NCBI GenBank assembly: GCA_002104905.1
Contig: MCFE01000649.1
Span: 1-49,915 of the forward strand
DNA length: 49,915 bases
Source: Basidiobolus meristosporus CBS 931.73
Taxonomy: Eukaryota > Fungi > Basidiobolomycota
Reading direction: 5' to 3'
Shown: piece by piece, positions 12,423 through 24,104 of the stretch
Position numbering within the stretch: position 1 is the first letter of the stretch
How the letters are laid out: each line of letters opens with the position of its first letter
Notes under the pieces: model-generated
Seen by the model: the letters and a program-made list of their open reading frames with translations, nothing else
Databases searched by the model: none
What the model was told of the DNA's origin: nothing
Translations under genes and position numbers: made by a program

Positions 12423-13199
12423 TGCAATTGCTTTGAATTGCTCACATTTGTAATGATCCTGACAACCCTTTTTTTTGCAATCCAAATCAAGCCATTGCAA
12501 ATCAGTGATCATCAAATTTTTGATATAAGTAATATCAAGGTCATCTCACATTTGAGACAGAACCCCTATAAGTAAACACCCTGCATATATATACGTCATC
12601 TGTAATACTAGTGCAGCTATTGGATCTGTTTTGCACCTACACAATTGCTTGCGTGCTGGCTATGACACCTTGTCCAATCACTAGGATCAGGGATTTACAT
12701 GCTCAATGAGCAAAATGGGATATTTGATGGCAAATCAGGTAGCTTTTTTAGTAGTCAATGAGCCAATTGGGGGCTGCCAGCTTCAGGATACTTTTGGACC
12801 AATTAACCACTGAGATACCGTTCAATTGGAGTAAGGGTAACCAAAATGGTAAGTATTAGTGTAGTTTATAGTGTGATACACATTTATTTCCATTTACATT
12901 AAGAAACATATCCAAATACCGTATTTTACCTGCCATAATGGCAGTATCCAATTGCGCACATGATGCAAACATTACAAATTGGCACAATCATCCGTTCCAA
13001 CCTCATTGTGTCAGATTGTGCCATAGTATGCAAGATTGTCCTGCATAGTGCAAAATTGTCCAAGAACAATCCTTCCTTCTGGTAGCTATAACATCGCACC
13101 CAAACGTTCTTTACAACCGCAGATTGCGCCACACACCCTGGCACGGTACAATGGAACAAGTCTAATGACCTATCATGGTGTGGGAGGGAGACAAAGTGG

Positions 13200-14408
13200 T
13201 GTTTATGCTAAAGCCTAACCAGCAAAGACATTGAAGATCTGTAAAGCTGTTGAGTGCAATAGTGAAGAGTGGTCTAATATTTAAGAGGCCATCAAAAGTC
13301 TAGCACACCATCACCTTGAGGCTGCCATGCCATGAGACCATCAGAAGCTCAAGGCCAAGCAGAACGCACTTGACTTGTTCCATGAGCATTATTCTGGATT
13401 TCAAGAAGCAAACAGATTTTGGTCCAGCATTGGTATGCTAAGAAAGTATCTCAAGAGTAGCAGAAACTATCAAAGGCCAAAGAACAAGGGTGCCATGGCT
13501 AAAAACTGGCACCTTCCTCAAGAGCCCACTACAAGTAGGGTCAAGAGCTCTAGACAAGCCTCAAAAAGATGGCAGGTAGCTGGAAGAGTGCCTATCAGGG
13601 ACAAGCAGGCAGACACAGATGCACCAGAACAATATTTATCAAGGAAAAAGTGTAGTGTCACTAATGAAGCACTCAGTCAGAGTAGCAGTGAAGGACCTGG
13701 CAGTGATAAAGGAAAAGGTAAAGGGGAAAATGTCTACCCAAGCCTGAGACAGGGAGTCATGCAAAAAAAACTGCAGTTCTTGCCAAGCAATGCCACAAAC
13801 CCAGAACAGTCTGAATCCCCTCATAGCCAAGAAGAATTACCAACAAGAAAACCGCTGTTTTCACAACAGTTAAAAGTGCAGCCAGTTGCGCTGCACTCTG
13901 GCAAGGTAGAAGAGTTTGCAGAAAAAGGCAATTTGTCTACCAAAGCCTCCACATCCTCCATTGTTGACAGAGTGGAGATCCCACTGACAGGCAAGGCTAC
14001 AACATCAAGAGCTCAAACAACTGTCACAATGCCTTCAGTGGAACTTGGAACATTGATAGGCACGCCAAGAGGTTGCATTACTTCTTCATGAGCAGTGCTC
14101 AAGAAAATGCACTTGAATATTGCAGGGACTAATTATAAAGACTGGCAAACAAGGTGCTAGACCTTGCAGTGCTGACTGAAGACCAGAATGTGTGGGAAGC
14201 AGTCAATGAACAGTGGCATAAAGCTATTGGGTTCCCGCTAAAGTTGTGGAACCATAGTGTTACAGCAGAAATACTTATTGAGTGGTGGATTTTGATGGAG
14301 TTACTTGTTGAGTGTGGGGTTGGGCTTAAGGTTAGTGTATGGTATAGGGACTTGTATAGGTCAATACCATTGGCAATTGCAGTGCAACTGAAGTTTCAAC
14401 CAAAATAG
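13200..14408 (+). pseudogene. Degenerate second ORF of the CMC-like element (ends approximate)
   Basis: The 238-aa track ORF 13375-14091 extends upstream in frame through two stops (EEWSNI*EAIK...AMP*DHQKL...FWSSIGMLRKYLK); low-complexity tail; no family recognised. Confidence 0.45.
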
Positions 14409-14739
14409 ATCAATTTGTACGCATGAAAAGTAAGACATACGGTTGGGTCAGAAAATAAGGAGTGTGAAAAAGAGGCAATAGCCAATCAATGCACACAAAT
14501 ATAGGAGGTGACAGAGTGTCTGGGACCAGAAAGTGAGCAAATTGGCAGGGAACCAATCAAAAGCAACTTATATATTATTGTGATGAAAAATTTTGACTAA
14601 GTTTTTTGTGAAATCTGAGGCGCAATTATTTTTCAACAGTCTCTGGACAGTGTCCTGATGGGATCAGTACCTCTTAGTCACAGGGCTTTAACTTTGCAAT
14701 GGCCTTTTGACAGGATCATTACAATAACTTATCATAGGG

Positions 14740-15551
14740 TAATAGAAGACACCTACTCTAAGTATTCCTCACAAGCAGTGCCTCCAAGGTCAGTTGGCTG
14801 TCAGCATGGTTTCCTGGGAGTGTCCTGTGGTCTGGGCTTGGAAGTTCAGGTAGCAGCAGGCAGCAGTGATCACACTAAGTAACAAGTTGGTATATTTATA
14901 AAAGGCATTATGATTGATTGTTGAGGTATTGCCTCCCTTGTATACTTTTCTCACTGGCAAAGTGATTACCATTAATTGTGTTGCAGAAGGTTCTGGAGGT
15001 CAAATAGATATCTTAATGACATCAGAAGGAGCTAAGAATGTTCAAAAAGGGATGATGATTTATTGTTGATGGATTGCCTCCCTTATATACATTTTTCACT
15101 GGCAGTGCAATTATTAATCCTGGTGTTCCAGAAGGTTACAGGGGTCAGATAGATATCTTAAAGACATCAGAATGAGCTAAGAATGTTTGAAGTAGGTGCT
15201 GGAAGGCTATAAGAGGCATAGCACTCCCAAACAATCAGGAATCAGTATTCTGAAACTTGTACAATATAGGAATATCATATATGGTACAAAAAGAGTAGGG
15301 ATGATGACACTGTTTGGTCCAGTGTCACAGGTACCAGCAAAGGTACCTGCCTAATATAGAAGCACTTACATCCAGTAATCTTACATAAAGTTAGGGATAA
15401 CTGATGCAATAAGGTGAGCTGGTGTGGTAGTCAGCCAGCTCATGGGACATTACCAATCAAGTAAGACAAATGGCATAATATCAAAGTAAGGGTAGTTGAA
15501 AATATGGGAATGAGCACATCTTTCAGTGGATGTCACTGTAACCATACAACA
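14740..15551 (-). mobile_element. Partial Gypsy LTR
   Basis: Similar to 268-805 and 40393-41337; ends GTCACTGTAACCATACAACA, like GTCACTGTGACCCCACTACA at 41337. Confidence 0.75.
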
Positions 15552-18500
15552 GTGGGATGAAGTATTTGATCACTTTGACTGATGATTGCACAAGATACCT
15601 ATGGGTCTACTCCATGGAGTGAAAGGAAGAAGCTCTGTCTAAGCTCAGGGAGTTTAAAGCCACGGTGGAGAGTAAAACTGATGAGAAAATCAACAAAATA
15701 CATTTTGATAGTGGTGGAATATATACCTCTAAACTCTTCACCCACTTCTGCAAAACTCATGGGATAATGCAAGAGACTACTGTACCATACTCCCCTAGCA
15801 AAATGGGGTAGCAGAATGTGTAAATAGCTCATTACTTGATATGATAAGATCAACAATCCATGATCAAGAATATCTAATGATTTTTTGGGTGGAATCAGTT
15901 GCCACAGCTGTATACCTTAAAGATAGGAGCTACAACAGAATACTTTGTGATTTTACTTCATTTGAAACATGGTATGGATACTGAACAAGTGCAGAATATC
16001 TAAGAATTTTTGGGTATACAGCATATGCCAAGAAACTGCCCAGAAATCAGCCAAAATATGAGCCAAAACGTGAAAAATGTATATTTTTGGGCTACTGCAA
16101 TGAGAGTAAGGCATACAGACCCTGCCATACCAAAGCAAAGAAGCTGGTCAAGTCCAGGGATGTGCCGCCTGATGAAAATTAAAAACTTCCACAAAAAACA
16201 ACATCAGATGATGACAAAAATTTGATCTCAAGTCCACCAATGGTCAGGATTGAACAAGAGCAAAACAATGTCATCTTTTTCACTTCAGAGGACTCTATAG
16301 CCATGGTTCAGACTGAATCAGTGCCCAGGAACATCCCAGAAATGATCATTCAAGTGTCAAATGCCTGGAGATCCAACCAGACAAGAAATAGCCCAAATTA
16401 CTACATCAAAGAGAGTACAAACTTAGCCTATGCCTATTCAGTCCATTTTGATGAGCCCCAGACCATAAAAGAGGCCCTAAATAGCCCTCAGACAAAGCTT
16501 TGGAGATCTGCAATAACTGAGGAATATCAGGCCCTGATGGAATATCAAATTTGGGACTTAGTCAAACAACCAATGAACCAAGAAATAATTGAATGAAGAT
16601 GAGTATTTAAGACAGAAAATTAGGCTGATGGTACAATTGAAAGATATAAAGCAAGACTTGTGACCAAAGGATACTCTCAAACAAAAGAACTTGACTATAC
16701 TGACACCTTTGCAATAGTAGCCAAGCTTAATTCCATCAGATTGATACTGGCTATTACATCCAAATATAAGTTTTTTACACATCAAATGAATGTGAAAGCT
16801 GCAATTTTGGATGGAGAACTTGATGAGGATATGTACATAGACCAGCCTGCTGGGATTGCTGACCAATATAGTCCCCATTTAGTCTGTAAGCTTTAAAAGT
16901 CTCTATATGGTCTCAAACAATCACCAAGAGCCTGGAGTTGCAAGATAGATTCTTATCTGGAATCTTTGAGTTTCAAAAGGAGTAATGCTGACTATAGTAT
17001 ATAATATAAGCCAGATAGGGCAAGTCTATTTCTATCAACTCTATATATGGATTCTCTTATTATAGCAGCCAACAACACAGCAACATTGGAAGAGACTAAA
17101 TTGAGCCTATCTAAATAGTTCAGTATGGCTGATCTAGGAGAACTCAGTCACCACTTGCAGATAAAGTTCTCTATAGACAGAAGTACCCAGACTATCACCC
17201 TAAGCCAATCCAAGTATATTCAAGATATACTAAAGAAGTATTAAACAGGAGTCTGTAAACCGGCAGCTACCCCAATGGAGACCAACCTTAACTTGGTCAA
17301 AAATCTACCAAATCAAGAGAGCATAGTACCATCTGAAAGTCCTGACTTTCCTTATCAATCCATGGCTGGCGGTCTGATGTATATTATGCTTAGAACACCT
17401 CCAGATATCTCATATTCAGTGAGAGTTGTCAGCCAGCATAATCAGAAGTATGGTTCTGATCAAATTGCAGCAGCTGAGCGGACTTTGAGATAACTAAAAG
17501 GAATTGCTGATATCTGCTTAAGATAAACATATATGGACTCAAAACATGATCTTGAGGGATACTCCAATGCTGATTGGGGACAAAATTTGGAAGACAGAAG
17601 ATCCACCACAGGATACACCTTTCTTTAATGTCAAGGAGCAATATCATGGAGTTCAAGAAAGTAACCAACCTTAGCACTTTCCAACATAGAGGCAGATTAA
17701 GTGGCAGCCTGTAAGGCTACAAAAGATGCAATGTGGTTGAGAAAGCTTCTTACAGATTTAGGCCTAAGTCATCCAAGTATCAGTTTTGTGTACATCAAAT
17801 GAATGTGAAAACTGCAATTTTGAATTGAGAACTTGATGAGGATATGTATATAGACCTGCATGATGGGTTTACTGACCAATATAATCCCCATTTAGTCTGC
17901 AAACTTAAAAAGTCTCTTTTTGGTCTCAAACAATCACCAAGAGCCTGGAGTTGCAAGATAGATTCTTATTTGGAATCTTTGAGTTTCAAAAGGAGTAATG
18001 CTGACTATAGTATATACTATAAGCCAGATAGGGCAAATCCATATCTATTAACTCTATATACAGATGATCTTATTGTAGCAGCCAATAACATAGCAACATT
18101 GGAAGAGACAAAATCCAGCCTATCTAAAGAGTTTAACATGCCTGATTTAGGAGAACTCAGTTACTACTTGGGGATAAAGTTCTCCATAGGCAGAAATACC
18201 CAGACTATCACCCTAAGCCAATCCAAGTATATTCAAGATATACTAAAGAAGTATTAAACAGGAGACTGTAAACCGGCAGCTACCCCAATGGAGACCAGCC
18301 TTAACTTGGTCAAGACTCAACCAAATCAAGAGAGCTTAGCACAATCTGAAGCCCTGACTTTCCTTATCATTTCATGGTTGGCAGTCTGATATATATCATG
18401 CCTGGAACACCTCCAGATATCTCATATTCAGTGGTGGTTGTCAGCCAGCATAATCAGAACTATGGATCTGATCATATTGCAGCAGTCAAGCGGATTTTTA

Positions 18501-19395
18501 GATATCTGAAAGGAACTGCTGATATCTGCTCAAGACACACTTGTAAGGATTCAAAACAGGATCTTGTGGGATACTCCAATGCTGATTGGGGACAAAATTT
18601 AGAGGACAGATGATCCACCACAGGATACACCTTTCTTTACTGTCAACAGGCAATTTCATGGAATTCAAGAAAGTAGCCAACCTTGGGACTTTCCAGCACA
18701 GAAACAGAGTAAGTGAGAGCCTGTGAATCTAAAAAAGAAGCAATGTGGTTAAGAAAGCTTTTTACAGATTTAGGCCTATGTCAAAAAATGCCCAATATCT
18801 TATTTCAAGATAATCCAGGATGTTTACAATTGGGTAGAAAGCCCACTTTTCTTGCTAGAACTAGGTACATAGATATTAGACATCATTTCATATGTGAAGC
18901 TATAGAGAGTTACTTAGTTAGCTTAGCTTACTCTACTTTGGATGGAATAATTGCAGGCATATTTACCAAACCATTAGTATAGACAAGTTTGAATATCCAA
19001 GTTCAAAAATAGGACTAGTCAGTATGAGCATATAGCTGAGTGGGAGTGTTGTAAAGATGTGCAACTCAACCTAAATATTCACCTAACCTAGTCACTTTGA
19101 GCATTACCTTCAAATCCTAGAGAATACTGACCAAATTTCTTGTTGGGAATTACTCAGAATATTGTCTCCAAAATATCAGATACCCAAAACATGAAAATTC
19201 TCAAAGTTGTCCAAACAGCCCCAATCTTTGCACACATGCTGTTGGAACCTTCCTGAGCCTATTCTACATATTTGTTCTTCCAAGATTATGTAAAAGTACT
19301 AATACTACTTTTACATCCAATACATCATCACAAGAAAACCACACATGCTGCTTTTGTTCTCAATCACTTCCAATACCTTGAAGACCCTTACAACA
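15552..19395 (+). mobile_element. Degenerate Copia (integrase-RT-RNase H with internal duplication) plus 3' LTR 19047-19395
   Basis: Colinear with the intact Copia; PPT GCTGAGTGGGAG then TGTTGTAA...TTACAACA (349 bp). Confidence 0.9.
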
Positions 19396-19417
19396 GATTT
19401 GACTTTGCACTACCTAC

Positions 19418-22400
19418 TGTTGTAAGAGTCTTGGAGATATTGGAAGTGATTTGGAGAACAAGTAGATTATGTGGTTTTCACTTAATGATTTATTGAATGT
19501 AAAAGTAGTATTTATACTTTTACATGGTCTTGGCATTAAAAACACGTAGAATAGGTTAAGAAAGGTCCTGAGAACATGTGTGCAAAGTTTGGGGCTGTTT
19601 GGACAACTTTGAGAATTTTCATGTTCTGGGTATCTGATATTTTGGTGAAAATATTCTAAGTAAATCCCGACAAAGAATTTGGTCAGTATTCTCTAGGATT
19701 TGAAGGTGATGATCTAAGTGACTAAGTTAGGTGAATATTTAGGTGGAAAATACGAATTTTTACAACACTCCCACTCAGCTAAATGTTCATACTGACTAGT
19801 CCTATTTTTGAACTTGGATATTCAAACTTGTCTCTAGCTAATGGTTTGGTAAATATGCCTGCAATCATTTCATCTGTAGGACAGTAAACTAAGCTAACTA
19901 AGTTATTCTCTATAGCTTCACGTATGAAATGATGTCTAATATCTATGTGCTTGGTTCTAGCATGAAAAGTTGGATTTCTACCTAATTGTATACATCCTTG
20001 ATTATCTTGAAATAAAGTAATAGGTGTTTTTTGACATAGGCCTAAATCTGTAAAGAGCTTTCTTAACCACATTGCTTCTTTTGTAGCTTCACAGGCTGCC
20101 ATATACTCTGCCTCTGTAGTAGAAAGTGCTACGGTTGGTTGCTTTCTTGAATTCCATGAAATGGCTCCTTTACAGTAAAGAAATGTATATCCTGTGGTGG
20201 ATCTTCTGTCTTCTAAATTTCGTCCCCAATCAGCATCAGAGTATCCCACAAGATCCTGTTCTGAATCCTTATAAGTGTATCTTAAGCAGATATCAGCAGT
20301 TCCTTTTAGATATCTAAAAATCCGCTTGACTGCTGCAACATGATCAGATCCATAATTCTGATTATGTTGGCTGACAACTCCCACTGAATATGAGATATCT
20401 GGCCGTGTTCCAAGCATGATATACATCAGACTGCCGACCATAGATTGATAAGGAAAGTCAGGGCTTTCAGATGGCACCAAGCTCTCTTGATTTGGTTGAG
20501 TTTTGACCAAGTTAAGGTTTGTCTCCATTGGGGTAGCTGCCGGTTTACAGTCTTCCATTTTGTACTTCTTTAGTATATCTTGAATATACTTGGATTGGCT
20601 TAGGGTAATAGTCTGGGTACTTCTGTCTATGGAGAACTTAATCCCCAAGTAGTAACTAAGTTCTCCTAGATCGGACATCTTGAACTCCTTAGATAGGCTG
20701 GATTTAGTCTCTTCCAATGTTTCTAGGTTATTGGCGGCTATAATAAGATCATCCACATATAGAGCTAATAGAACTGGATTTGCTCTATCTGGCTTATAGT
20801 ATATACTATAGTCAGCATTACTCCTTTTGAAACTCAAAGATTCCAAATAAGAATCTATCTTGCAATTCCAGGCTCTTGGTGATTGTTTGGGACCATATAG
20901 TGACTTTTTAAGCTTGCAGACCAAATGGGGGTTATCTTGGTCAACAAACCCATCAGGCTGGTCCATATACACGTCCTCATCAAGTTCTCCATTCAAAAAT
21001 GCAGTTTTTACATCCATTTGATGAATAAAAAACTTATATTTGGCTGCAATAGCCAATATTAATCTGATGGAATTAAACTTGGCTACCGGTGCAAAGGTCT
21101 CAGTATAGTCAAGTCCTTTTGTTTGAGAGTATCCTTTGGTCACAAGTCTTGCTTTATATCTTTCAATTGTACCATCAGCCTTGTATTTTGTCTTGAAGAC
21201 CCATCTGCATCCAATTGATTTTTGGTTGATTGGTAATTTGACTAAGTCCCAAGTTTGATTTTCCATCAGTGCCTGATATTCCTCAGTCATTGCAGATCTC
21301 CAAAACTTTGTCTGAGGGCTATTTAGGGCCTCTTTTACAGTCTGGGGTTCATCAACATGGACTGAATAGGCATAGGCTAAGTTTGTACCCTCATTGATAT
21401 AGTAATTTGGGCTATTTCTTGTCCGATTGGATCTCTGGGCATTTGATACTGGAATGATCACTTCTGGGATATTCCTGGGCACTGATTCTGGCTGAACCAC
21501 GGTTGTAGAGTCCTCTGGAGTGAAAAAATTTTCATTGTTTTGCTCTGATTCAATCCTGACAATTGGTGGACTTGAGATCAAATTTTTGTCATCATCTGAT
21601 GTCATTTTTTGTGAAAATTTTGAATTTTCATCAAACAACACATCCCTGGACTTGATCAGCTTCTTTGCTTTGGTATTGTAGAGTCTGTATGCTTTACTCT
21701 CATTGCAGTAGCCCAAAAATATGCATTTTACACTTTTTGGCTCAAATTTTGACTGATTTCTGGCCAGTTTTTTGGCATATGCTGTACACCCAAATATTCT
21801 TAGATGTTCTGCACTTGGTCTGTATCCATACCATGCTTCAAATGGAGTAGAATCACAAAGTACTCTGTTATAACTCCTATTTTTAAGGTATACAGCAGTG
21901 GCAACTGATTCCGCCCAAAAATCATAGGATAATTTTTGGTCATGGATCATAGATCTTGCCATATCAATTATTGATCTGTTAGCTCGTTCTGCTACTCCAT
22001 TTTGCTGTGGGGAGTATGGTACAGTAGTCTCTTGCTTTATCCCATGAATTTTGCAGAAGTGGATGAAGAGTTTTGAGGTATATTCTCCACCATTGTCAGA
22101 GTGTATTTTCTTGATTTTTTCACCAGTTTCTCTCTCCACCATGGCTTTAAACTCCCTGAACTTAGACAGAGCTTCTTCCTTTCTCTCCATGAAGTAGACC
22201 CATGTGTATCTTGTATAATCATCAATAAAAGTGATTAAATACTTCATCCCGCCTAAGGATAAATTTTGCATAGGTCCACACAGATCTGAGTGAATTAGAT
22301 CTAATTTTTTCTTAGTTTTGATTAACCCAGAGCTCTTGAACGGTTGTCTGGCTTGTTTCCCATATATGCAGGCTTCACAGTGCTCCAAAATAGCTGGGGG

Positions 22401-24104
22401 ATCAATTTTCACTCCAGAAATTAGCTGATCTTTGATCATTTTACGCAAATAATCAAAATTGATGTGTCCAAATCTCCTGTGCCAAAGCATTGGTGTTTCT
22501 TCATTTAAGTTACTTATATTGGCTTCCAGATATGATGGAATATAAGTCAACTTGTATAGATTCTGATCTCTGATGCCCAAAGCAATATGAGCACCATTTT
22601 GATCAGTGATCCTGCATCCAGAATTGTCAAAACTGAAACTGAGTCCTTCTGCTGTGGCCTTGCTTACAGAGAGTAGGTTCTTGGCTATTTCTGGTACATA
22701 GAGTACTTCTTTAAAGGTCAGTGTATGGCTTCCTTTACTGCTTCTAAGGTTTACTTGGATAGTTCCTTCTCCCACTGCATCAAGTGTTCTATCGTCACCC
22801 ATGAAAACCTTCTTAATTGGAATTTCTTGATATTGGGTAAAAAGTTCTTTTTGGTGTGTAAAGTGTTGAGAAGCTCCAGAGTCAATATACCACATCTGAG
22901 AATCCTTGTTTGTGGTCATATTTAGTACAGATATGAATAGTCTATCTTCAGTTGTTGCAGCATTTCCATATTCAGGCTTCTTTTGCTGATTATCTTTCTT
23001 TTTGAGACACCGGTCTGATGTGTGTCCTTTCCTTTTGCAGTAGCTACAAAACAGGTTGCTGTTGCCTTTGTAGGGTCTTGGGTATCTCCTTTGTTGGCTA
23101 TCATTGCTTATTAAAGCATTTTCTTCTTCCTTCTTATTAGCGCTTGATTTTCTTAATTCTTCATCCAGGAGCCTTCCATATACGTAATTTAAGGTCAAAT
23201 CTTCAGTTCTGGACTCTAGGGCTGATACAAGGCCCTGAAACTTGTCTGTCAGGCTATTCAGGATGGTAACTATCACATCCTCATCAGTAGTTGGTACGCC
23301 CACAGATTCCATCTCATCTACCAGCAGGGTAATTCTGTTAATTAGATTTTTCATTTCTTCTCCTGGCAGCATCTTTGTAGTAAAGAATTTTCTTCTCAGA
23401 TACATTTTCTTGGCAGCTGAACATGACTGGTAGGTGTCTTCTAATGCCTTCCAGGCATTCTTTGCCGTTTTTGCTCTTGAGCATTGAATTAGCAATTTGT
23501 CCTTGACATTAAGGCAAATGCAGTTAAAGGCACTTTGTTCTTTCTTCTGGTACTTCAAGGCTTCCTCTCCCACGTTTTTAGGAGGGCATTCTTCTCCCAT
23601 GACAATATCCCAAAGGCCTCTTTCTTGTAGCAGCATTTTCATCTTCACCTTCCACACTTGGTAGTTAGATCCATCCAACTTTTCAGCAGAGGGAAAAATT
23701 CCAGTAATAGCAGTAGTAGACATTGCAGAGAGTGACAGCTCGGGGCTCATAACCTGTTGTAAGAGTCTTGGAGATATTGGAAGTGATTTGGAGAACAAGT
23801 AGATTATGTGGTTTTCACTTAATGATTTATTGAATGTAAAAGTAGTATTTATACTTTTACATGGTCTTGGCATTACAAACACGTAGAATAGGTTAAGGAA
23901 GGTCCCAAGAACATGTGTGCAAAGTTTGGGGCTGTTTGGACAACTTTGAGAATTTTCATGTTCTGGGTACCTGGTATTTTGGTGAAAATATTCTAAGTAA
24001 ATCCCAACAAGGAATTTGGTCAGTATTCTCTAGGATTTGAAGGTGATGATCTAAGTGACTAAGTTAGGTGAATATTTAGGTGGAAAATACAAATTTTTAC
24101 AACA
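19418..24104 (-). mobile_element. Full-length Ty1/Copia LTR retrotransposon, 4687 bp
   Basis: 350-bp LTRs at 19418-19767 and 23755-24104 (9 differences by my count); TSD CCTAC/CCTAT; PBS GGTTATGAGCCC at 23743-23754; PPT at 19768-19779. Confidence 0.98.
19779..23750 (-). CDS. Copia gag-pol polyprotein (1323 aa from ATG 23750, or 1314 aa from ATG 23723)
   Basis: Gag LDGSNYQVWK, CX2CX4HX4C knuckle, protease IDSGAS, WHRRFGH/CEAC, integrase HSDLCGP / HSDNGGEY / NGVAER, RT QMDVKTAFLNG / YVDD, RNase H YSDADW / EAEY / QDNQG; no stops. Confidence 0.97.
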   Translation of the reverse strand: MSPELSLSAMSTTAITGIFPSAEKLDGSNYQVWKVKMKMLLQERGLWDIVMGEECPPKNVGEEALKYQKKEQSAFNCICLNVKDKLLIQCSRAKTAKNAWKALEDTYQSCSAAKKMYLRRKFFTTKMLPGEEMKNLINRITLLVDEMESVGVPTTDEDVIVTILNSLTDKFQGLVSALESRTEDLTLNYVYGRLLDEELRKSSANKKEEENALISNDSQQRRYPRPYKGNSNLFCSYCKRKGHTSDRCLKKKDNQQKKPEYGNAATTEDRLFISVLNMTTNKDSQMWYIDSGASQHFTHQKELFTQYQEIPIKKVFMGDDRTLDAVGEGTIQVNLRSSKGSHTLTFKEVLYVPEIAKNLLSVSKATAEGLSFSFDNSGCRITDQNGAHIALGIRDQNLYKLTYIPSYLEANISNLNEETPMLWHRRFGHINFDYLRKMIKDQLISGVKIDPPAILEHCEACIYGKQARQPFKSSGLIKTKKKLDLIHSDLCGPMQNLSLGGMKYLITFIDDYTRYTWVYFMERKEEALSKFREFKAMVERETGEKIKKIHSDNGGEYTSKLFIHFCKIHGIKQETTVPYSPQQNGVAERANRSIIDMARSMIHDQKLSYDFWAESVATAVYLKNRSYNRVLCDSTPFEAWYGYRPSAEHLRIFGCTAYAKKLARNQSKFEPKSVKCIFLGYCNESKAYRLYNTKAKKLIKSRDVLFDENSKFSQKMTSDDDKNLISSPPIVRIESEQNNENFFTPEDSTTVVQPESVPRNIPEVIIPVSNAQRSNRTRNSPNYYINEGTNLAYAYSVHVDEPQTVKEALNSPQTKFWRSAMTEEYQALMENQTWDLVKLPINQKSIGCRWVFKTKYKADGTIERYKARLVTKGYSQTKGLDYTETFAPVAKFNSIRLILAIAAKYKFFIHQMDVKTAFLNGELDEDVYMDQPDGFVDQDNPHLVCKLKKSLYGPKQSPRAWNCKIDSYLESLSFKRSNADYSIYYKPDRANPVLLALYVDDLIIAANNLETLEETKSSLSKEFKMSDLGELSYYLGIKFSIDRSTQTITLSQSKYIQDILKKYKMEDCKPAATPMETNLNLVKTQPNQESLVPSESPDFPYQSMVGSLMYIMLGTRPDISYSVGVVSQHNQNYGSDHVAAVKRIFRYLKGTADICLRYTYKDSEQDLVGYSDADWGRNLEDRRSTTGYTFLYCKGAISWNSRKQPTVALSTTEAEYMAACEATKEAMWLRKLFTDLGLCQKTPITLFQDNQGCIQLGRNPTFHARTKHIDIRHHFIREAIENNLVSLVYCPTDEMIAGIFTKPLARDKFEYPSSKIGLVSMNI

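Larger units (their letters stand above)
9011..13163. mobile_element. PHIS (Pangu-like) DNA transposon, copy 2, carrying a nested MITE
   Basis: AAT|AGACTTG...CAAGTCT|AAT, identical 3-bp TSD; 4153 bp minus 737 bp insert = 3416 bp, matching copy 1. Confidence 0.92.
5031..14739. mobile_element. CMC/EnSpm(CACTA)-like DNA transposon with CCC termini (~5.55 kb without the nested insert)
   Basis: Gypsy homology stops at 5030 and resumes at 14740; boundaries read TA|CCCTATGA...TCATAGGG|TA; Transposase_21-like coding remnants inside. Confidence 0.7.

Noticed and set aside
14641-14652. CAGTG as a canonical CACTG terminus of the EnSpm-like element
   Set aside because: No matching left CACTG found; Gypsy LTR homology resumes at 14740, where a CCCTATGA/TCATAGGG pair fits both borders.
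23751-23882. Polyprotein start inside the LTR (track start 23882)
   Set aside because: Non-ATG start within LTR sequence; ATG 23750 or 23723 is more plausible.
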